Part shown: positions 54,605 through 64,000 of the stretch, piece after piece
Layout: each line of letters starts with the position of its first letter
How positions within the stretch are numbered: position 1 is the stretch's first letter
Notes under the pieces: generated by a model
Told to the model about the DNA's origin: nothing
Seen by the model: only the letters and a program-made list of their open reading frames with translations
Database searches by the model: none
Translations under genes and position numbers: made by a program
Assembly (NCBI GenBank): GCA_051294375.1
Contig: CM119265.1
Span: 3,747,494-3,811,493 of the forward strand
Source of the DNA: Paraspadella gotoi
Taxonomy: Eukaryota; Animalia; Chaetognatha
Length of the DNA stretch: 64,000 nt
Reading direction: 5' to 3'

Positions 54605-56130
54605 GGCGCCCCCAAGTGTCTCAGACGTGGGACTCGATTCTTTGGCGCCGGTAGATTTAAGCGAGGAACATCCGATGCTGTAACCGATGCGACAGCAGAT
54701 GCAGCAGTGGATTCACGATCAGATTCAGCAGCAAGCAGTATGCGGTATGCAGGCTGCGGAAAAACCAGAAAAGTCCGACAACATTCTGCAATAAATTGAA
54801 ATTCGCATCAGATGCAGATAACAATTCAAATGACAATTCAAGTGACAATCCGGTGGAGATTGCTTTCATCGTCAAAATGAAAGAAACGTAAACAAAACGA
54901 TATTAACTAAAATTTCACAAACAGTTTAAAAGATACCTGGTACCAATAACTCCATCTTTCGGTTCCCGCCATTTTTCATTTCTGCCGCCATTGAAAACGC
55001 CGCAACCGACTTTTTGAATTCCTTGGCTCCAAGAACCTCCGGCTTCGTCAGCGCCGGTTTCTATCCTCAACGGCGCCGGCTTTCTCCCCTCGGCGTCATC
55101 CTTCCGGGCATTTTTCTTCTTTCCTTTCCTTTCCTCTATTCCTCCCCTTCTCCTCCGCTGGAAACGCCTTCTCTCCTCCTCTTCCTTTCCTTTTTTTTTC
55201 TCCGCCATCCCCGCCGGAGAAAAGGGAGGAACGGCGGGAAAGAAAAATGGGAGGAAGGAAAGAGAAGGAAAAGGGAGAAAGGGAGGAAAAGGAAGGAAGG
55301 GAGGAAAAGAAAAAGGGAGGAAGGGAGGAAAAGGAAAAAGGGAAGAGAAGNNNNNNNNNNNNNNNNNNNNNNNNNCCGCCCCCAATGTCTCAGACGGTGG
55401 GACTCCGATTCTTTGGCGCCGGTAGAATTTAAGCGAGAACATCCGTATGCTGTAACCGATGCGACAGCAGATGCAGCATGGATAATCAACGATCAGATTC
55501 AGCAGCAGCAAGCAGTATGCGGTATGAGGCTGCGAGAAAAACCAAAAAGTCCGACAACATTCTGCAATAAATTGAAAATTCGCATCAAGATTGCAGATAA
55601 CAATTCAAATGACAAATTCAGTGACAATCCGGTGGAGATTGCTTTCAATCGTCAAAAGGTGAAAAGAAACGTAAAACCAAAACGATATTAATAAAAATTT
55701 CACAAACGTTAAAAAGATCCTTGGTACCAATAACTCCATCTTTCGGTTCCCGCCATTTTTCATTTCTTGCCGCCATTGAAAAACGCCGCAACCGACTTTT
55801 TGAATTCCTTGGCTCCAAGAACCTCCGGCTTCGTCAGCGCCGGTTTCTATCCTCAACGGCGCCGGCTTTCTCCCCTCGGCGTCATCCTTCCGGGCATTTT
55901 TCTTCTTCTATTCCTTTTTCCTCTATTCCTCTCCCTTCTCCTCCGCTGGAAACGCCCTTCTCTCCTCCTCTTCCTTTCCTTTTTTTTTTATCTCTCGCCA
56001 TGCCCGCCGGAGAAAAGGGAGGAACGGCGGGAAAGAAAATGGGTAGGAAGGAAAGAGAAGGAAAAAGGGAGAAAGGGAGGAAAAGGAAGGAAGGAGGAAA
56101 AGAAAAAGGGAGGAAGGGAGGAAAAGGAAA
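54605..56130 (+). repeat. Tandem duplication across the 25-N gap at 55351-55375 (54605-55350 repeated from 55376)
   Basis: CGCCCCAA.TGTCTCAGACG.TGGGACTC..GATTCTTTGGCGCCGGTAGA.TTTAAGCGAG occurs at 54607 and 55377, and the sequence is colinear thereafter with indels. Confidence 0.85.
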
Positions 56131-56820
56131 AAGGGAAGAGAAGAAAAGGGAGGAAGGGAGGAAAAGGAAAAGAGGAGGAAGAGGAAAAGAAAAAGGGGAG
56201 AAAAGAAAAAGGGAAAAAGGGACGAAAAGGAAAGGAGGAAGGAGGAAAAGAAAAAGGGAAAAGAAGGAAAAGGGAGGATAGGAGGAAAGGGAAAAGGGAG
56301 GAAGGGAGGAAAAGGAAAAAGGGAAGAGAAGGAAAAGGGAAGGGAGGAAAAGGAAAAAGGAGGAAGGGAGGAAAGGAAAAGGGAAGAGAAGGAAAAAGAA
56401 AAGGGAGGAAGGGGAAGAAAAAGAAAAAAGGAAGAAGAAGAAAAAGGAGAAAGGAAGGAAAAGGAAAAGGGAGGAAGGAAGGAAAATGAAAAAGGGAAGA
56501 GAAGGAAAAAGGAGGAAGGAAGGAAAAGGAAAAAGGGGACAGAAGGAAAAGGGAGGAAGGGAGGAAAAGGAAAAGGAGGAAGGAAAAAAAAAGAATTGAG
56601 AAAGTAAAGGGAGTAAAGAAGAAGGGAAAGGAGGAAAGGCATAAAGGATCAGAGGGGAAACAAAGGAAAGGAAAGAAAAAAATGCAGTTGAGAGGAAAAT
56701 AGACAAAATGTAAGAAAGGAAAATAAAAGAAAGAGGAAAAAAGAACAAACGGAAGAAAAAAAGTAAAAAAAGGATAGAAAATAAAAGAAAGAAAGAAACT
56801 GATGAAAGAGGAAAGAGGAA
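56020..56820 (+). repeat. Polypurine GGAAAA/GGGAGGAA satellite
   Basis: ~800 bp almost exclusively A/G with repeated GGAAAAGG and GGGAGGAAGG units. Confidence 0.85.
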
Positions 56821-57718
56821 AATTACCGAAATATATAATTATTAACTGGAAACGAAAATTACTTTTTTTTTACATTGTTTAATCTATTTCCTAATTGAAG
56901 GGCACGCGCGGCGAATAAAAATATTATATTTTTTTGCGATAATTTACATTAATTCTTACTTTAAATATAACTTTTTCGTTGTTTTGCTCTCTCTCAAATC
57001 ATTGTCATTGTCGCCCAGAAATAAAAGAGATAATTATCCTCGGATAAACGAAATTCCGAAAGAAAACTTGAGTCTCGAAAACTAAAAGGATTTCAACGGT
57101 CGTCGACGAATTAAACTTCATTATTTTTTAACAAAACTCGAATTTCGTCTCAAAGACAGAATAGTCGGAAGCCAAGCGAAAGCAGCGATATCCTATGATA
57201 TCTGTGTTCGAGTAATCTCCCGATATCTGGTTCAAGCAAACCCTTGCAGCCCAATTGAACTCACAACGACATTAGATTCACCAGATTTCCGAACACAAAT
57301 TACTCACGATGATTTAAGACGACGATTGTGCTCGATGATTTTTTTTCGTATCCCACGCTACGCGAATACGAACCGGAACCAAAAGTGATACGTAGTACAG
57401 AGCTCTATTCGTCAGCGTATCGCGGCGACGTATCCGCGTTTATTTTCTCAACTTAGCGCTCAACGTATCGTAGATTCGCTTTCTCGCGCTTTCGTCGTAA
57501 TTCACGAAATCGTCCAAGCAGTACGCCTCAGCCGCCGCCGCCGCCGCCGCCGCCGCCGCTGCCGCAGCCGCGTACCGCATTGACGCCGCGGCGACGCCGG
57601 CGACAGAAACGCCCGAACAAACTCCGGCGCCGATTCAATAGGCGATCGTAAAACTGTTTCCATGACGATTTGTTGAAAGTGACTTCAGTGTAGAAACAAT
57701 CTCTTTGATTGGCCCTTT

Positions 57719-57759
<41 letters not shown>

Positions 57760-57767
57760 CCCCAGCC

Positions 57768-57968
57768 ATGGTGTGGAGCTGGGTATACGAGTCCCAACAC
57801 CACCCCGGCTCCGGTTCCACCCCCAGCGCTTGCTCCACCTCCACCCCTGGGGGCGGCCCTCCTTCCTCCTCCTCTCACGGGGGTGGCGGCGAAGGCAGCG
57901 CAGGAGCCCCGTCACCCCTGGGGCCTCTTCACCCTCATCACCACTCCCACCCATCAACTCACCACCCC

Positions 57969-58001
<33 letters not shown>

Positions 58002-58134
58002 GGGTGCGGACCCGGCACCGCCAACGGTTCCACCACTCCGGATCCGCAAACGTCGCCCGCGGCGCTGCAGTTTAACGTCAGCATGAATCTCGCCTTTCAA
58101 CACTCCAATCCCTTTGGAGATCCTGATTATTACG
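57768..58134 (+). CDS. His/Gly/Pro/Ser-rich coding exon, probably the N-terminal part of a developmental transcription factor; downstream exons not identified
   Basis: GCCATGG Kozak context. Reads MVWSWVYESQHHPG...poly-His...LQFNVSMNLAFQHSNPFGDPDYY then G|GTAGGT donor (phase 1). A CpG/GCC-rich region lies upstream (57350-57650). No DNA-binding domain is seen in the window. Confidence 0.65.
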
Positions 58135-58716
58135 GTAGGTGGAGTGACGGACCGGAGTGGTAGAGGACAATATGGAGAGCCTCGTTTTTCTGGAAATGCC
58201 TCGTTTAGATACAATGGCGTTTAACATATTTGTTTTTCTAAGTTATATCGTGCCTTTTCATGAAAATGATTTTTTTTTTTGACGTGAACATTTTTAATTC
58301 CTTTGAAAAAAGGAAAGTTCAGAATCAGATTAACAGGATAACTTTGGGTTTGGTCAAATTTGTGGAAACCCAGTTAGACAGTTTAAACAATAAAAGTTCT
58401 TCAATTTTCTTCAAATTCTTTAAATTACTTCAAATTTTAATCTTTAAAAAATACTAATTATAAAATACAATTTATAAACATTAATAATACAATCATAATC
58501 TTTAAAATAAAAAAAAATAGTTGACTCACGACTGTGACCCTGTGATCGACCTCACGTCGTCTCACCGTTCGATTCACATTTTTCGATTCACGTGGTTCCG
58601 TCGGCTTTATCACGTGACAAGACAAAGTAGACTAATTGTCTCACAGCATCGGATACATAAAGAGTATCGCCTCTCGTTTTCAATCTCTTTATCGCAGCAT
58701 GACTATCGCAGCTGAT

Positions 58717-58806
<90 letters not shown>

Positions 58807-59219
58807 TCCCTCTCTCTCTCTCTATCTCTCCAGGAGTCTTCTTTTGTAAATGAAAAGCGTGAGCCTCGCGGGGGTGAGATTGCAAAAAAAGAATGGAGGC
58901 TGCGAAGGGGGCGTCGGAGGTGTTGGCGGTGTTGCCTGCGGTGACGAGAGGTTTGAAGATAAAGAGGAAGAGGATGAGCGACTCATCCCGATACTCAAAG
59001 TCTCATTTAAACGTAGACTTAAGATGGCGTGAGTGGGCGGGGAAGCGTGAGAGGTAAGTGGCAAACGTGTGAAGAAGGGGAAAACATTGGTTAGTGGTAA
59101 ATGGCAGATGTGTGAGGAGGCGTGGATGCATGTGTGAGAGAAAATGGCGAATGGGTAAATGGCCCTTTGCAAGCTGTTGTAAGAGCGTTGAGAAATTGTC
59201 GTGATAAAATGCTATTCAA

Positions 59220-59346
<127 letters not shown>

Positions 59347-60848
59347 TCTCCCTCTCATATCTCCGGCGCCAACTGCTTCCACGCCCCCTTCGATTCGTGG
59401 CGCCATCTCCTTACTGGCGCCATCTCCTAACTGGCACCATCTCGTAACGCCGAAGAGAACAAGTTTTCTTTTGGAATCTCAAATATCTTTTTCTTGGTCC
59501 ATATAATCTCATTTGCATATTGTCGTAACTCATATCACGAAATCATATAATTTTTCCAGTTTTTTGGTTATGAAAAAACAGAGAGAATAACTATTTATAA
59601 ATGATTTTTAATCATTAGCATTTAAAAGGTCGAAAGATAATAAGATACCCCAAAGATTAGTTTTTACAGAATTGAATATCATGATTCATGAAAAGATTCA
59701 AGATTCAACGTAGAAAAATTCGCCCTCTGACACTTCTATTACGTAACAACGTGTCAAAAAAAAGCCTTAAATCATATTGAAACTTTATTTATATTATGTT
59801 TTTTTTCATTTCAAAGTGGAATTTTAGAAAGCCATATATTTCCCAAATTTTGCATCTCGAAAGTCGTCGTCGTCGTCGTCGTCGTCGTCTTAGCGTCGCC
59901 ATCGATATTCTCGAGTTACACAAATGAGTTACCTTAACGAGGATCGTTACGAGAGTTCTGGGGCAACGACGACGACGACGACGATGACGACGACGACAAA
60001 GATGACGAAGGAGCGATGCCTCGTTTAACTGAGGAGTGATGAATTGACCGACCGCAATGAAATGTAAGAAAGAGATAGAGAGAGAGAGAGAGCCTACGGT
60101 CTGGATACAAGTCTGGATGATTGAGACTGATTGAGAGCATGGGAGAGTCGAGAGAGAGAGAGAGAAGACGAATGAGAGGTGGATTTTTGGTTAAGTTATC
60201 GGTGATTAAGCTCTCCGCAGCCATAAAGAGATTAGTAACGCTAGATTCTTCATCGTACGAGGAGAACGAACGGAGATACTATTTAACATTATAAATCCGA
60301 TAATTCGGAGACAGTATGTTCATTTCTTCGTCTTGAAGTCGTGTATGGAGTGGGTCTAAAGAGCTGGGGGTGGGTTGATGGAGTGATGGGACGAATGTCG
60401 ACGATCTTGTCATGATTCTTTGTGAATGTGAATGTGAACGAAATTTCTCTTTTTCCTTTTTGCTCTTCTTTGTGAGTTCGTGCAGTTTACGAAACATTTC
60501 CAGTTGCTTTTGGATTAATTAAATATTAAGTTTTTGTCTCATGAAATTGGTGTACAACAAATATAAAAATTATATATTTATTCAATGAATAAGCTATCTT
60601 GTGGGTTAAGGGTTCCATCTGTCTTACGATAAAATATAATATCATTAATTAAAATTCTATGTTTCTTTTTTGTTGAATTGTTTCATTTTTTCTTTTTCAG
60701 TTTTAATTCCTCGCCTTCTCTTATTTCGTTACTTTTTTCCACAATTTGGTTTCAATCACTTAACGATCCTCTTTAAAATCTCTCTCTCTCTCTCTCTCTN
60801 NNNNNNNNNNNNNNNNNNNNNNNNCGATCCTCTTTTTTAAAATTCTCA

Positions 60849-60880
<32 letters not shown>

Positions 60881-61041
60881 CTTCTCTCTCTCTCTCTCCT
60901 TTCTCTCTCTCTCTCTCAGCCAAAGGAGCGCGTAACGTCGTCTGGGGCAAATCAGTTTTCCATATCAAGTTATCACCACGCGGCTGACAAAGCTTCCGCC
61001 CGTTCCCACATCCCCGATGGGAAGCCGACAGTGCTGGTCTC

Positions 61042-61081
<40 letters not shown>

Positions 61082-62286
61082 TTTGAAGAAGCGACAGGAA
61101 AATTCTTTCCTCAAAGTTTATCTCCATAAAATCACGAGAAAAGAAGAAGCTTGTGAAGGACGCGTCTTTTCGTGAACCGAAAATTCTGTCTCGAGATCTC
61201 CTCATTAAAATCCTAACTTAAGATAGCCAAAGCCGATGAAATTTAAATGCTAATGTATACAGCATTAAAATAATCTATCATGACCATATATTACGGTATT
61301 AAAATATTTTTTGTCAAAAATGCTTTCTTCTGAGGGTACTAGCCTAATTAAAAATATTATATTACTATATAGAGCAAAAATTTTTTTTTTAAATCTTAAA
61401 AAATTTTGATTGATTCTGATAGAGCATAAAAAGTTAAACAAGATTTATAATTACTGCTTTTAAAAATTCTTACGTTTTTTAAGTGAAAATATAAAAAAAA
61501 TGATAAAATCATCGAAAGATGATGATGATGATGATGAATTTTTATGTTTTTTTATATTTTTGACACACTTATCGTAAAAATATTTAAAAAAGAATTATAC
61601 TTTGTGTAGACAACTTTTTATGAGCTATTTGAATCTGGTCTTAAAATTTAAAAATTCTTAAAAAATTTTTGACCTTTCCTATCTATAAATAAATATTAAA
61701 AAAATAATTACTAGGGTCTAGAGCCATTTTAGAAACTTTTTGTCCATTGAAAGTATTCTTAAAAATGTCTAAATATTCGTTTGAGCATGTACTCACTCTA
61801 AATTTTTGACCCACCCCATTGAGTGCGGCTACCCCTACTTAAGATGAAATGGGAAATTCATTTAATAAATAAGCTATCTTACGCCTTACTTTGTACAGGC
61901 TTTGGCTATGGCTACATGATACTACACTAATTTTTATTAAATAAAAATACTTTTTTAAATGCACCCCTTGTTTGTTAGGCAGTCATTCCATATTTAGATT
62001 TAGTTTTAGTTTTAATTTTAGTTTTAATTTTAGTTTTAATTTTAGTTTTAATTTTAGTTTTCAAACCGCAGTCCTTTAAAATCTCTAACAATCGAAGGAT
62101 AATTATCACAACAGCCAATGTCAACCGTTGAAACAGCTTTCTCAATGTTTCCGATTACCCTCAACCCTGTATCGCCTCATATTTCACCGTCTCCCTCTGT
62201 ATCGCCCACCTAAAAAGGGCGTCCCCCTGCCAGGCACGACCGAGGAGTAATATGGGCGTGTGAGGAAGAAAAGACACTGTGTGCCT

Positions 62287-62371
<85 letters not shown>

Positions 62372-64000
62372 ATAGTTTCATGGGGCAATTAGCCTGTCTG
62401 GAGACAAAGGCGGGATTTTTGGGAGGAAGACAAGAAAATGTGACGGTTCTATGAAAGATGTTGTTGTTGTTGTTGTTGTTATTGCTTAAGTAGAAGTTTG
62501 CATCTTACACACTGAAATCTAAATTTCATTTTTTGATGTAGTATTTTCAGTATTTTCAGTATTTTCAGTATTTTCAGTATTTTCAGTATTATCAGTATTT
62601 TCAGCGTGGTTCTTTACTATCGTCGTTGTCGTCGACCATTTTAATGATTTATCTTCTTTGACTAACTTTTTAAACTTTTTAACGCTAACTGAGCAGTTGT
62701 GTTTGTGATGGAGTCACGTTGATCTACAGACTTACTTACTTCCTATAAACTGATTCACCCAACTACGCTCGGGCTAACAACGAGATAGAGAGAGAGNNNN
62801 NNNNNNNNNNNNNNNNNNNNNAAACGATGATCGAGAGCAGGAGAGAGAGAGAGAGAGAGAGAGAGAGACGAGACTACCGTGAGAGAGGAAGAGAGAGAGA
62901 TGATGAGAGAGAGAGAGTAGATCGTTATCCGCTTAATATTCATACTTTCACCCACTTTTTCGGTCTCACTATTCAACGAATGAATGTCTTCAATTCCTTT
63001 TCGTTATCATCTCCGAAACAAAAGGACCTAGAGTCCTGAAATAGAAAGAAAAAAAAGAAAAGAAAGAAAGAAAGAAAGAAAGAAGAAAGAAAGAGAAAGG
63101 AAAGGAGAAAGAAAAGAAAAGAAAAGAAAGAAAATAAGGAAAGAGGAGAAAGAAAGAAAGAAAAGAAAGAAAGAAAGAAAATAAGAAAGAAAGAGGAAAG
63201 AAAAAAAAACAAAAGGATGAGATTATTTTGTTTAAAGAAAGACAGAAGAAAGATATGGAAAGGATAAGAAAGAAAGAAAGAAAGAAAGAAGAAAGAAAGA
63301 AAAGAAAGGAAAAAAGAAAGAAGACAGAAAGAAAGAAAGAAAGAAGAAAGAAAGAATAAGATAGAAAGAAAACAAAAGGAGAGAAATATAGAAAAAGAAA
63401 GAAAGATACGTAAGAGAAAAAAAGAAAGAAGGCGAAAAAAGTTAAGAAAGAAACAGAGAGTAAAGACTCAGAGAAAGGAAAAAAAAAACCAAAATGTTTT
63501 TATTTCTCTTTCTTTTTTTCTTTTTTCTCCCTTTTGTCGCTCGACCGAATGGGTGGCGTTTTTTTTTTGTTATTCTAATGCGAAGATGAAATGATGAATT
63601 ACTTATCCATTGTTGTCGTCGTCGTCGTCGTCGTCGTCGTTCATTTTCACCTCCGTGGGTGTCGGGTGGGTTGGCGAGCAGGAGACGAGGGTCTCGGGGT
63701 GTGGAAAAGAGTCTTTTGGGTTTCAGGGTTGCGATAGAGGATTTTCTAATGTGCGTTGTGCGGTGTGGGATGGGTGCAGGGGTCCCGAAGTTAGGGTTCG
63801 AGACTTGCCTTTACAAAATATTATAGTCAAAAGTAAAATATTTATAAAGTTGTTTGTTTCTTATTTAACTCCATCAAAATCTAACAACATCATTTATTAA
63901 ACTCCATCACATTATTATTCGTTAATCACAGATCGACTCTTGTTCACTAGTTCCAGTAAAAGTGTTGAGAGAGGGTGATTCCATTGGTAGTGACAGGTCA

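Noticed and set aside
55721-56748. Long K/R/E/G-rich and F/P/S-rich ORFs
   Set aside because: A polypurine satellite lacks stop codons by composition.
58850-59032. 60-aa ORF ending near a GTGAGT donor
   Set aside because: Not in phase with the poly-His exon and no recognisable motif, so support is insufficient.

Overview
This window is eukaryotic, probably invertebrate animal, draft-scaffold DNA. It is very rich in microsatellites ((AG)n, (GTC)n, (TTTC)n, (TTCG)n) and has 16 N-gaps. Many gaps are exactly 25 N and are flanked by noisy mirrored or tandem duplicates that look like long-read gap-fill artefacts. I reconstructed the real content by hand. (1) Two tandem minus-strand genes (38.9-41.6 kb and 42.7-45.6 kb) encode IRE1/RNase L-like kinase + KEN ribonuclease proteins with a C-terminal coiled coil. 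Gene A has neither ankyrin repeats nor a luminal/TM sensor; gene B's first exon was not found. Gene A keeps HRD and the KEN Y..R..RNxxxH catalytic set. Gene B has lost both (HCN; RNLIVP), which suggests an active/dead pair. (2) A nine-exon, about 367-aa Cys/Pro-rich gene of unknown function (19.5-29.2 kb, minus) appears in the ORF track only as fragments. (3) Its last intron holds a 6.5-kb direct-repeat-bounded, gag-like element with a target-site duplication, and the empty allele is present in the mirrored copy at 14.04 kb. (4) An LTR-like remnant with a tRNA-Leu PBS sits in an intron of gene B. (5) A His/Gly/Pro-rich exon typical of a transcription-factor N-terminus lies at 57.8 kb. All protein family calls rest on motif recognition, not on database searches.
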